The notes beneath the pieces were generated by a model, which saw only the letters and a list, made by a program, of their open reading frames with translations, was not told where the DNA came from and did not search any database. Positions 20,501 through 31,928 of a stretch of DNA of 32,128 nt are shown one piece after another. The DNA comes from Octopus sinensis (lineage: Eukaryota): contig NW_021832764.1 in the NCBI RefSeq assembly GCF_006345805.1, positions 1 to 32,128 of the forward strand, read 5' to 3'. Each line of letters starts with the position of its first letter. The first letter of the stretch is position 1. Position numbers and translations under genes: made by a program.

Positions 20501-20721
20501 ATGTATGTATGTATGTATGTATATCATTATTCAGTTTTATTTCAAGATTTCTTGCCAACAGAGAAAGAGCCGGTTTCTAACCTAGATCCAAGGCTCCTTC
20601 ATTGGAATTTCAACATCAACAACAGGGTATTTTTGTTTGTATGTATGTTTTGTTTTATGCATGTATTTTCATGCACACAGTTGCATACCTAGATATGTGC
20701 ATATATGTTTAAATGTTGTAC

Positions 20722-20975
20722 GTTTGTATATATATGTGTGTGTCTTTGTGTCTGTGTTTGTCCCACCACCACCACCACCACCACCGCTTGACAACTGTTG
20801 TTGGACTGTTTGTGTCCACGTTACTTAGCAGTTCAGCAAAAGAGACCGATAGAATAAATACGAGGCTTAAAAAAATATATGTACTAGCGTCGATTCAATT
20901 CACTAAAAATTCCTCAAGGCAGTGCTCCAGCATGGCCACAGTCCAATGACTGTGACAAGTAAAAGAATAAAAGAT
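20722..20975 (+). mobile_element. SINE family A, diverged 3' half
   Basis: cttagcagttcagcaaaagagaccgatagaata...gtgctccagcatggccacagtc...gtaaaagaataaaag. Confidence 0.75.
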
Positions 20976-21291
20976 TGCGATGGGTTTTATTCGGGGAGCA
21001 TCAAACAGCCAAACCAGAATTTCTAGAAAAGACGATGGCTGAGTAGACCACCAAAGGCAGTCATGGAGGGGGAGGTTGCGGTAAAGGAGGTCCACTCCGG
21101 ATGGCACTTTTAAAGGGGCACCACTTTTGGGTCCGCTGTAGGCAATATGTGTTTTTTGTGAGGTCCAAGGGCAACAAATGGAAGGGCTGCCCCAGGTGGC
21201 ACACATACTCTAGCAACACTTGTGACCCCAGGTTTTGTCTGAATGGTTGCAAAATGGTGCACTTTGCTAAAGACTGAATCGGGTATTGTTT

Positions 21292-21515
21292 ATTGTTTTA
21301 CTTGTTTTTGTCATTAGACTGTGGCCATGCTGGAGCACTGCCTTGAGGAATTTTTAGTTGAATGAATCGACCTCAGCACTTATTATTTTTATATAAGGCT
21401 GATACTTATTGTATGTGTTTCTTTTACTGATCTGCTAAAGTATGGGAACATGGGGACATAAACAAACCATCAATGGTTGTCATGTAGTGGTGGGAGGAAA
21501 AACAAAGACACACAC
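21292..21515 (-). mobile_element. SINE family A, old diverged 3' half
   Basis: ttacttgtttttgtcattagactgtggccatgctggagcactgcc... Confidence 0.65.
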
Positions 21516-21702
21516 ATATAGTCATACATTACAGAGGAGAAAGTGATATTTTGAATGCAGTCCAGCCATGAAAAACCCAGAAAGATTGAGTATTTTGCCC
21601 CCAGAAAAATTGTCAGCAGTCACAGTATTTGAACCAACATCTCACAGTTACCAGCTGAGTGATCAACTAATTAGGCTAAACTGCCCACTGAAAACAATTT
21701 CT

Positions 21703-21878
21703 TATTTCTTTATTGCCCACAAGGGGTTAAACACAAAGGGGACAAACAAGGACAGACAAACAGATTAAGTCGATTATATCGACCCCAGTGCGTAACTGGT
21801 ACTTATTTAATCGACCCCGAAAGGATGAAAGGCAATGTCGACCTCGGCGGAATTTGAACTCAAGACATAGCGGCAGAT
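21703..21878 (-). mobile_element. SINE family C, 5'-truncated
   Basis: Reverse complement of the 184-bp array unit. Confidence 0.85.
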
Positions 21879-22159
21879 ATTTGTAAATATCTGGTTAAAA
21901 TGGGGGGGGGGTATATAAAAAAGCAAACCTAGATATTTAGCATTATTTACCATTGTCAGCATATATATACATATATATATATATATATGGCCAGATAACC
22001 GAAGAGATGGTGTTGTGGATTTCCACTTCGGCATCTGAAACTCAGAGTTTTATCTTGACTATTGAGTAATGTAACATATTATTGTAGAGATAAATTTCCT
22101 CTATTTACATAATATTGAGGTCTCTTTCTTTCTTTTGTTATCTTACCGTTTTTACCAAT

Positions 22160-22332
22160 ACATATTTACGACAGGCTTCTTTCAGTTTCCGTCTACCAAA
22201 TCCACTCACAAGGTTTTGGTCGGCCCGAGGCTACAGTAGAAGACACTTGCCCAAGGTGCCACGCAGTGGGACTGAACCCAGAACCATGTGGTTGGGAAGC
22301 AAGCTACTTACCACACAGCAACTCCAGCACCT
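22160..22332 (-). mobile_element. SINE family A, 5' half
   Basis: acgacaggcttctttcag...gggactgaaccc...ccacacagc. Confidence 0.85.
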
Positions 22333-22466
22333 ATAAATTCAATATTTACTTAATATTTACAGAGTATTAATTGAAACAGCTGTAAGGGAGGATGATTAAT
22401 TTGCTGTTAATAATAAGCAATTATTAACCTCCCAATCTCCATTTCCTTTTTCATCTTCTATATGAA

Positions 22467-22790
22467 GGCGCATGGCTCAGTGGTTAGAGCGTCGAGCTTA
22501 CGATCGTGAGTTTGTGAGCTCGAATCCCGGACCGGGCTGCGTGTTGTGTTCTTGAGCAAGGCACTTTATTTCCCGTTCCTCCAGTTCACTCAGCTGTAGA
22601 AATGAGTTGCGACGTCACTGGTGCCAAGCTGTATCGGCCCCTTTGCCTTTCCCTTGGATAACACTGGTGGCATGGAGAGGGGAGGCTGGTATGCATGGGT
22701 GACTGCTGGTCTTCCATAAAACAACCTTGCCCGGACTTGTGCCTCGGAGGGTAACTTTGTAGGTTCAATCCCATGTCATTCATGACCAAC
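22467..22790 (+). mobile_element. tRNA-derived SINE with CORE-like central segment (distinct family)
   Basis: GGCGCATGGCTCAGTGGTTAGAGC (A box), GAGCTCGAATCCC (B box variant), then gtgttcttgagcaaggcactt...ccagttcactcagctgtagaaatg; the acceptor stem cannot close, so it is not a tRNA gene. Confidence 0.75.
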
Positions 22791-23110
22791 TACGACAATG
22801 AATATAAACCATGTTTTTATGTGAATGCAAATGGCATTTAAAATTTATGACAGATCTTTCAGTAGAATTTTATTTCAGGCAGTTATAAAAGATTACATAA
22901 TCAGAACTATAATCCCCTTGTCATAAGATAAAACCTTAAAAAACATAAGATTTCAAACATTGACCCAGACATAACCAAGATTAGCCGGATTAGGTGTTTG
23001 CCTATCTATGGTAGCCAACCAACACTCGATGTGTTCAATGTTGTTTGTTTCACTGTGCCTTGGTTCTTATGAATCCATCATCATCATCATCGTCATCATC
23101 ATTTAACATC

Positions 23111-23280
23111 ATAGGTGTAGGAGTGGCTGTGTGGTAAGTAGCTTGTTTACCAACCACATGGTTCCGGGTTCAGTCCTACTGCGTGGCACCTTGGGCAAGT
23201 GTCTTCTACTATAGCTTCGGGCCAACTAAAGCCTTGTGAGTGGATTTGGTAGACGGAAACTGAAAGAAGCCTGTCGTATA
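23111..23280 (+). mobile_element. SINE family A, 5' half
   Basis: ataggtgtaggagtggctgtgtgg...aaagaagcctgtcgta. Confidence 0.85.
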
Positions 23281-23282
23281 TA

Positions 23283-23576
23283 TCATCATCATCATCATTT
23301 AGCGTCCGCTTTTCATGCTAGCATGGGTGGGACGGTTCAACTGGAGTCTGGGAAGCCAGAAGGCTGTGCCAGGCCCGGTCTGATCTGGCAGTGTTTCTAC
23401 AGCTGGATGCCCTTCCTAATGCCAACCATTCCGTGAGTGTAGTGGGTGCTTTTTACGTGCCACCTGCACAGGTGCCAGACGAGGCTGCCAAATGGCCACG
23501 AACGGATGGTGCTTTTTACGTGCCACCAGCACGAGGCTAGTCTGGGCGGAGCTGGCAACGGCCACATTCGGATGGT

Positions 23577-23578
<2 letters not shown>
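23283..23578 (-). mobile_element. SINE-like family B
   Basis: (CAT)n, conserved body, subrepeats. Confidence 0.85.
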
Positions 23579-23609
<31 letters not shown>

Positions 23610-23672
23610 GTATATATATATATATGTATGTATGTATGTAATGTATGTATGTATGTATATATATAATATATA

Positions 23673-23708
<36 letters not shown>

Positions 23709-23787
23709 TGTATGTATGTATGTATGTATGTATGTATGTATGTATGCATGCATGCATGTATGTGTGTGTGTATATGTTTGTGTGTCT

Positions 23788-23910
23788 GTAGAAACACTGC
23801 CAGATCAGACTGGGCCTGGTGCAGCCTCCTGGCTTCCCAGACCCTGGTCGAACCGTCCAACCCATGCCGGCATGGAAAACGGATGTTAAATGATGACGAG
23901 GATGATGACG
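23788..23910 (+). mobile_element. Family B 3' fragment
   Basis: gtagaaacactgccagatcagactggg...gttaaatgatgacgag. Confidence 0.8.
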
Positions 23911-24326
23911 ACATGGATTTGTATTTATGTATAAATCTATATATATATATATTTATACACACATATACATGCATTGAGTCGATCCAGGGGCAGCTGATGA
24001 AGGGGAATATTCCTTGTATTGTTTGTCTTGTACTCTGTTTTTTCGTTGTTAAAAAAAAGTCCGTTTCCTTGTTTGATTTTATGTTTTCGTTTCTCGTTGT
24101 GTTCCACGTTTATTTGTGGTGTCCTGTACTCATATATATATCTATATATGCTTGTATATATACATGTAGATGTAAGTACGTACATATATGTATGTATGCA
24201 TATGTTTTATTTATTAAATTGTTATTATATGTATATATATATATACACATACACATATATACATAAAAATAAATACATACACATATATATATTATATAAT
24301 GTGTATGTATATATATACATACATTC

Positions 24327-24372
<46 letters not shown>

Positions 24373-24744
24373 GCACACACTCCTAAATCTGCCAAGATAC
24401 TTACTCCATACTTAAGACAAATGCTGGCCTAACTTGTTATAAAGACTGACCATTCCTGTATCAGAGAGGGTTTCTATTTTCTCTCCAGAACAATATCTTA
24501 ATTTAATCAATCCTTTACCGTTTGTCTGTAAATAGATTAGCATCAAGTCTCTCCCTTACTCTCTCTCTCTCTCTCTCTCTTACTCACACAGAACCACATA
24601 TTCTTGTTGTAGCCATTGTTGAAGTCCATAAGCAACATTGTTGGTCTCCAACAATGGTGTCACAGTTAGTGACTGCCTTCTCCATTGACTGTGAAATCTT
24701 AAGACATTATTTATTCCCCTCCTGTCTTTTAATGGGGTAACACT

Positions 24745-24751
24745 GCCACCT

Positions 24752-24798
<47 letters not shown>

Positions 24799-24800
24799 GC

Positions 24801-24832
<32 letters not shown>

Positions 24833-25044
24833 GCAATAATAATAATAATGATAATAGTAATAATAATAATAATAATAATAAAAATTAATAATAATAATAA
24901 AATTAATAATAATAATAATAATAAAATTAATAATAATAGCAATAATAATAATAATAATAAAAATAATAGCAATAATAATAATAATAATAATAGTAGTAGT
25001 AGTAGTATTAGTAGTAGTTGTAGTAGTAGTAATAATAATAATAA

Positions 25045-25076
<32 letters not shown>

Positions 25077-25135
25077 ATAGTAGTTGTTGTAGTAGTAGTA
25101 GTAGTAATAATAATAATAATAATGATAGCAATAAT
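24745..25135. repeat. Long compound (TAC)(TAA)(TAG) trinucleotide repeat
   Basis: Directly visible. Confidence 0.95.
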
Positions 25136-25461
25136 AGTAATGGTGTTGGTGGTTATTGTCCTGGTTGAATAGTGGCTGGTTGTGGTCAGCTCTGGTCAGT
25201 TCTGACCAAGTAGATTTTATGAAACTTGGGCGATCACTTATTGTTAGCTGTAATGTTGTTGTTGTTGTTGTCGTTGCAGTTGCTGCTGCTTTTTTTATTG
25301 TAATGTTTGTTATTACTGCTGTTTTTGTTGTTGTTGTTGTTTAGCTTGTAGTCAGTCCTCATTAAACATACCTATAATGAACCATGACATTCTGGCCATG
25401 ACCATCCCAAATTTTATCTCAGATTTTATTTTCCAGTATTTCCTCACCTCTATGCATGTGT

Positions 25462-25513
<52 letters not shown>

Positions 25514-25754
25514 GAACAATAAGTTGTGTTTTGAGAGAAGTTTGGCTGCTATTTCTAACAGTCGAGTGACCACTTAGGAGCTTCTTTTTTAGTTCACTGG
25601 TTGCCATTCTCCGGAACTCTGATTCCACAAGGCCGTTGATCCATGGATCCAGATGATATCTCCTGCCTCGACCTTGTTGGAATGGTTTATTGGGTTTATT
25701 GGAATGATCTGGGGATAGGTTTCGGGTTTGGTAATGGGGAAGTGGGGACAGACA

Positions 25755-25804
25755 GAGAAATAGATAGATAGATAGACAGATAGAAGATAGATAGATATAT
25801 AGAC

Positions 25805-25858
<54 letters not shown>

Positions 25859-26112
25859 GCGTTAGGAAGGGCATCCAGCCGTAGAAACACTGCCAGATCA
25901 GACTGGGCCTGGTGCAGCCTCCTGGCTTCCCAGACCCCAGTTGAACCGTCCAACCCATGCTAGCATGGAAAGCGGACGCTAAACGATGATGATGATGATG
26001 ATGATAGATAGATAGATAGATAAATAGATTGATAGATAGACAGATAGATAGATAGATAGGTAGGTAGATAGACAGATAGAGAGACAAACAGACAGATATA
26101 TAGATAGATGGG

Positions 26113-26180
<68 letters not shown>

Positions 26181-26202
26181 AAGATGGATAGAAAGATGGA
26201 TG

Positions 26203-26252
<50 letters not shown>

Positions 26253-26300
26253 CAGATAGAGAGACAAACAGACAGACAGACAGACAGATAGTTAGATAGG
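25755..26300. repeat. (GATA)n tract containing a family B fragment (25858-26005, +)
   Basis: GATA/GACA runs on both sides of ggcgttaggaagggcatccagcc...aaacgatgatgat. Confidence 0.9.
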
Positions 26301-26750
26301 TTATGTCCGTTGATGGACTGACAGAAAGACAAGCAGGTGTATTGATTGATTGTTCAATGAATTGATCGATTGATTTGGGAGGGTTGTTAAGTGGGGAAAT
26401 GCATGACTGAATGATTTGAGCCAAGGACAGATATTATAACATAAACACACACCCACAACTAACGTGTACGAGCTACATAAACTGCATATGTCTCTGTAAC
26501 ATATTGATAAATAGATATGGCCAGAGACGATCAATAGCCGTTATCTATAAAGTTATAGGGTTGTGGTTTGACTTTTAATACTTAAAAAGTCCAGAGAGAA
26601 CGACAGATCCGGCCCAGAAAATCCTGGTTTTTAAATTATTGCCACACTAAAGATATACGTAGTTATGTCCCTTGCATTGGTGAACTGTTTAAATGGGTTT
26701 TGATGAGACGCAATGATATTTGTTAGATGAAGTTAGGGCGACGGTTCTGG

Positions 26751-27640
26751 GTTCAAATTCCGCCGAGGTCGACTTTGCTTTTCATCCTTTCGGGGTCGAT
26801 AAATTAAGTACCAGTTATGCACTGGGGATCGATGTAATCGACTTAATCCCCTTTGTCTGTCCTTGTTTGTCCCCTCTCTGTTTAGCCCCTTGTGAGTAGT
26901 AAAGAAATAGGTATTTCGTCTGCCGCTACGTTCTGAGTTCAAATTCCGCCTAGGTCGACTTTGCTTTTCATCCTTTCGGGTTCGATAAATTAAGTACCAG
27001 TTGCGCACTGGGGTTGGTGTAATCGACTTAATCCGTTTGTCTGTCCTTGTTTGTCCCCTCTGTGTTTAGCCCCTTGTGGGTAGTAAAGAAATAGGTATTT
27101 CGTCTGCCGTTACGTTCTGAGTTCAAATTCCGCCGAGGTCGACTTTGCCTTTCATCCTTTCGGGGTCGATAAATTAAGTACCAGTTATGCACTGGAGTCG
27201 GTGTAATCGACTTAATCCGTTTGTCTGTCCTTGTTTGTCCCCTCTGTATTTAGCCCCTTGTGGGTAGTAAAGAAATACGTATTTCGTCTGCCACGACGTT
27301 CTGAGTTCAAATGCCGCCGAGGTCGACTTTGCTTTTCTTCCTTTCTGGGTCGATAAATTAAGTACCAGTTATGCACTGGGGTCGGTGTAATCGACTTAAT
27401 TCCCTTTGTCTGTCCTTGTTCGTCCCCTCTCTGTTTAGCCCCTTGTGAGTAGTAAAGAAATAGGTATTTCGTCTGCCGCTACGTTCTGAGTTCAAATTCC
27501 GCCTAGGTCGACTTTGCTTTTCATCCTTTCGGGTTCGATAAATTAAGTACCAGTTATACACTAGGTTCGATGAAATCGACTTAATCCGTTTGTCTGTCCT
27601 TGTTTGTCCCCTCTATGTTTAGCCCCTTGTGGGCAATAAA
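26751..27640 (+). repeat. Tandem array of five ~184-186 bp SINE family C units
   Basis: B box gttcaaat(t/g)cc at 26751, 26937, 27121, 27305, 27490; junction aaagaaata|ggtatttcgtc. Confidence 0.95.
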
Positions 27641-28061
27641 AAATCGTCAACACGCCGGACAAAGTGTACTGTGGTATGTCGTCTGCAAAGGTCAACTTTT
27701 ACGAGGTCATCTCTTCAAGGTTGATACAATAAATACCTGTTGATTGAGCAGTGGGGGGGGGGTGATGTAATCGACTTACCTCCACTGTCGAAATTGCTGG
27801 CCTTGTGCCAAAATTTGATACATTATTAGACGAAGTTTAATGAGGGGGGACAAATACCAGTAATATGTTAGGGTCGATTATAATAAGTTGTTCCTCAAAC
27901 AGCATTGCCTTGAAATATTGGTTTTGATCAGTCAGAAATTATTTCCAAATACTTTATGGTGGCAAATGGTAGCTCAGAAGAAAACATGGTTCTATGTAAA
28001 GACAGACAAAATACCACTAGACATTTTGCCTGGCGTCCTAATGGTTCTACCAGCTCACCAC

Positions 28062-28130
<69 letters not shown>

Positions 28131-28150
28131 TACTAATAATAATAATAACA

Positions 28151-28506
28151 ATACCTGTTGTCATAGGTGCCCTGGGTATGATAGTGAAAGGGGCTGATTG
28201 CTACCTAACTCAGATACCAGGAAACCCCAAAATGGCAGAAATTCAAAAGATAGTGCTCATGGGAACTGCTCATATCCTACGCAAAATACTCTCTATGTAA
28301 TCCCAAGGTTTAAAACAAACTTTTTCAATTTATGTATTAGACATTCACTAGTACAACACCAAAAAAGAAAAAACCCAAATATATGGCACACTAAGCATAA
28401 CAGCAACGTGAACTTCCAGCCTGTTGTCTCTTGAGGTCTCTGGGTGAGACTTGGAGCCAACTTGTACAAACATAAAGCAAAAGTCAAACATAGAATAATA
28501 ATAATA
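28151..28506 (+). mobile_element. 5'-truncated R4/Dong-like (RLE-endonuclease) non-LTR retrotransposon in an (AAT)n tract
   Basis: IPVVIGALGMIVKG...IQKIVLMGTAHILRKILSM* is the typical C-terminus of RLE-type non-LTR ORFs; flanked by (AAT)n on both sides. Confidence 0.75.
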
Positions 28507-29273
28507 ATCTTTTCTACTCTATGCAGAAGGACCGAAAGTTTTGGGGAGGGGGCTGGTCAATTAGATCAACCCCACTACATAACTGGTACTTAATTTATCA
28601 ATCCCAAAAGGATGAAAGGCAAAGTCGACCTTTGTGGAATTTGAACTCCGAACGTAAAGACAGAGGAAATACTTATTTCTTTACTACCCACAAGGGGCTA
28701 AACACAGAGAGGACAAACAAGGACAGACAAACGGATTAAGTCGATTATATCGACCCCAGTGCGTAACTGGTACTTATTTAATCGACTCCGAAATGATGAA
28801 AGGCAAAGTCGACCTCAGCGGAATTTGAACTCAGAATGTAACAGCAGGCGAAATACCTATTTCTTTATTACCCAATGGGGGCTAAACACAAAGGGGACAA
28901 ACAAGGACAGACAAAGGGATTAAGTTGATTACATTGACCCCAGTGCGTAACTGGTACTTAATTTATCGACCCCATAAGGATGAAAGGCAAAGTCAACCTC
29001 GGCGGAATTTGAACTCAGAGCGTAAAGACAGACAAAATACCTATTTCTTTACTACCCACAAGGGGCTAAACACAGAGAGGACAAACAAGGACAGACAAAT
29101 GGATTAAGTCGATTATATCGACCCCAGTGTGTAACTGGTACTTATTTAATCGACCCCGAAAGGATGAAAGGCAAAGTCAACCTTGGCGTAATTTGAACTC
29201 AGAACTTAAAGGCAGACGAAATACGGCTAAGCATTTCATCCGGCGTGCTAACGATTCTGCCAGCTCGCTGCCT
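28505..29273 (-). repeat. Tandem array of four SINE family C units (184 bp period) with one complete head
   Basis: gaatttgaactc (or a 1-nt variant) at 28637, 28821, 29005, 29189; head ctgccagctcgctgcctt at ~29260-29273; the last unit has a different 3' tail. Confidence 0.95.
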
Positions 29274-29842
29274 TCTACTCAACCAGGTATTGGAGAGTTG
29301 CCTCATCAACAATTGCACAACCTGAAAGTTTTTGGTCCAATTCGGTTTGCACAGCTCCTCACCGACCTGCACTCTGCTGACATGATCAAGAGACAATCCA
29401 GGGGCAAGAGATCCAATGCCAAGTGCCAATATGAGTCTCGGGCTCAGAAATGTGGGGAGGGGGGGGGCACCATGAGGTCCCAAGCACAATCAGAAGGTTT
29501 CCGAAATGGTCCTTGCATTCCTGGTTTTACATCAGAGTGACATTTCCCTAGAATCTGTGTGTGTGTATGTGTGTGTATATCTGTACACATGTGTGTATTT
29601 GTGCACATATGTGTGTGTGCATGTGTGTATGTGTCTGCACGTGTGTGTGTGTGTATGTATCTGCATGTGTGTGTCTGTGTATGTATGTGTCTGTGCATGT
29701 ATGTGTTTATGTGTCTGTGCGTGTGTGTGTGCATGTATGTGTCTGCATGGGTGTGTGTATATGTGTGTGTCTGTGTGAGTGTGTGCATATGCATGTGTGT
29801 GTGAATTAATTTCACTCTCCCTTTTTACTTCTCTCTCTCTCT

Positions 29843-29964
29843 CTATCCCTATCTCTATCCCTACCTCTATCCCTACCTCTATCCCTACCTCTATCCCTAT
29901 CTCTATCCCTATCTCTATCCCTATCTCTATCCCTATCTCTATCCCTATCTCTATCCCTATCTCT
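29843..29964. repeat. 12-bp (CTATCCCTATCT)n repeat
   Basis: Directly visible, about 10 copies. Confidence 0.9.
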
Positions 29965-30265
29965 AACTCTCTCTCTCTCTCACACACACTTCAATTATTT
30001 GTGTAGCTGTTAATATAATTTCAGTATGATTTTCAAAAATGATATAATTTACAGAAAAAAGAAGGGACAGCCCTCCCACCCACCCAAACCGTGCAGGCTT
30101 TACCAGGGTTGGTGAGGTCAATACTAATATTATTGAGTTTGAACAACCCCCAGGTAAGATGTATGTTAGGAAAACATGGGGCAGAGTTTGCTGTCTGTCT
30201 GTCTGTCTGTTTGGTTAGCTGGCTGGGCGGCTGGTTGGGTGGGTTGTTGGTACTTTCGATGGTTA

Positions 30266-30495
30266 AGGCGGTGAGCTGGCAGAAACGTTAGCACGCGGGC
30301 GAAATGCTTAGCGGTATTTCGTCTGCGTTACGTTGTGAGTTCAAATTCCGCCGAGGTCGACTTTGCCTTTCATCCTTTCGGGGTCGATTAATTAAGTACC
30401 AGTTACGCACTGGGGTCAATGTAATCGACTTAATCCGTTTGTCTGTCCTTGTTTGTCCCCTCTGTGTTTAGCCCCTTGTGGGTAATAAAGAAATA
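30266..30495 (+). mobile_element. Full-length young SINE family C with 17-bp target-site duplication
   Basis: ggtactttcgatggtta at 30249-30265 and 30496-30512; head aggcggtgagctggcagaaacg, B box gagttcaaattcc, tail taataaagaaata. Confidence 0.92.
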
Positions 30496-30604
30496 GGTAC
30501 TTTCGATGGTTAGAAATTCTGAGCTTCGTGCTCTTTATGGGGTGGGGTGCTGAAAAGTTCCTGGCTTTGGGTTAAAAAAGGGCACAGAAGTATCAGTTAT
30601 TTAT

Positions 30605-31225
30605 TATTTCAAATTTTTGCCACAAGGGCAGCTTGGGGTGGGTGGGGGTGGATGAGTCGATTACATCGACCCCCCAATGTTCGACTGGTGATTATTTTAT
30701 CAGTCCCGAAAGGACGAAAGGCAATGTTGGCCTCAGCAGAATTTGAACTCAGAACCTTGTGATGGGCAAAATATCGCTAATTATTTTATCCAGCAGGAGT
30801 GGCTGTGTGGTAAGTAGCTGGCTTACCAACCACATGGTTCCGGGTTCAGTCCCACTGCGTGACATCTTGGGAAAGTGTCCTCTACTATAGCCTCGGGCCG
30901 ACCAAAGCCTTTTGAGTGGATTTGGTAGATGGAAACTGAAAGAAGCCCGTCGTATATATGTGTATATATGTGTGTGTGTTTGTGTGTCTGTTTGTCCCTC
31001 CCCAACATCACTTGACATGTGATGCTGGTGTGTTTACATCCCCGTAACTTAGCAGTTCGGCAAAACAGACTAATAGAATAAGTAATAGGCTTACAAAGAA
31101 AAAGTCCTAGGGTCGCTTTGCTCGACTAAAAGGTGGTGCTCCTGCATGGCCGCAGTCAAATGACTGAAGCAAGTAAAGTAAAGAGAGCATGCTAAAAATT
31201 CTGCCAGCTCATCACCGCCCTTGAC
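30605..31225. mobile_element. Old family C variant (minus) interrupted by a family A copy (plus, 30792-31188)
   Basis: The head continues on both sides: ...ttttatccagca | family A | gcatgctaaaaattctgccagctc. Confidence 0.75.
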
Positions 31226-31372
31226 GCTCATTTAATTATGATTTTAGTCAACATATTCCCCTCTCAGATTCACTCACTTATTGCAGTGGTCCATCAGTTT
31301 TCTCTGATCCCCATAAAAGAACTGGGAAGGCTAGCCCCCACCCCCACCCTCATCCCAATTCTTAGTTGTATT

Positions 31373-31755
31373 TCGTCTGTCTTTGTGTTCTGAGTTCAAA
31401 TTCTGCCGAGGTCGACGTTGCCTTTCATCCTTTCAGGGTCGATAAATTAAGTACCAGTTACGCACTGGGGTCGGTGTAATCGACTTAATACCTTTGTCTG
31501 TCCTTGTGTGTCCCCTCTGTGTTTAGCCCCTTGTGGGCAATAAAGAAACAAGAATCGTCAGCACGCCGGGCGAAATGCTTAGTGGTATTTTGTCTGTCTT
31601 TGTGTTCTGAGTTCAAATTCCGCCGAGGTCGACTTCACTTTCCATCCTTTCAGGGCCGATAAATTAAGTACCAGTTGCATACTGGGGTCAATCTAATCGA
31701 CTGGCCCACACCTCCTCCAAAACTTTCAGGCCTTGTGCATAGAGTAGAAAAGAAT
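31373..31755 (+). mobile_element. Family C dimer (two different 3' tails)
   Basis: Two B boxes (~31393, ~31610); first tail gggcaataaagaaac, second ccttgtgcatagagtagaaaagaata. Confidence 0.85.
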
Positions 31756-31785
31756 ATATAGTCATTATATATACTCTTTATTATA

Positions 31786-31928
31786 CTTTATTTAAAAGCA
31801 GCAGAAATATAACAAAAGCTGTTACTCAGAGTTTCACATTTTCTTTTTTTTTTAACAAAACTCTCCGACGAATGGGAACGTGAAACTCTGAGTAGCTTTT
31901 GTTATATTTCTGCTGCTTTTAAATAAAG
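31786..31928. repeat. ~52-55 bp inverted repeat enclosing a hammerhead-like motif
   Basis: ctttatttaaaagcagcagaaatataacaaaagct(gtt)actcagagtttcac / gtgaaactctgagtagcttttgttatatttctgctgcttttaaataaag. Confidence 0.9.
31853..31902 (+). ncRNA. Degenerate type I hammerhead-like motif
   Basis: aacaaaact-ct-CCGACGA-AUG(GGAA)CGU-GAAAC-ucuga-GUA-gcttttgtt; one mismatch to CUGANGA and a 3-nt deletion in stem I relative to the antisense arm. Confidence 0.45.

Noticed and set aside
22355-22390. GAAACAGCTGTA hammerhead-like 3' half
   Set aside because: No recognisable CUGANGA core or stem II upstream.
22467-22545. tRNA gene
   Set aside because: A/B boxes are present but there is no acceptor-stem closure, and it continues into a SINE body.
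24580-26424. Poly-Leu, poly-Asn and SIYL-repeat ORFs
   Set aside because: Translations of TAA/TAG/GATA repeats.
29843-29964. Telomere-like repeat
   Set aside because: The unit is GATAGG/GATAGA, not TTAGGG; ordinary simple repeat.
30537-30575. Mariner TIR-like sequence (gggtgctgaaaagttcctggct)
   Set aside because: Single degenerate end, with no partner TIR or transposase nearby.
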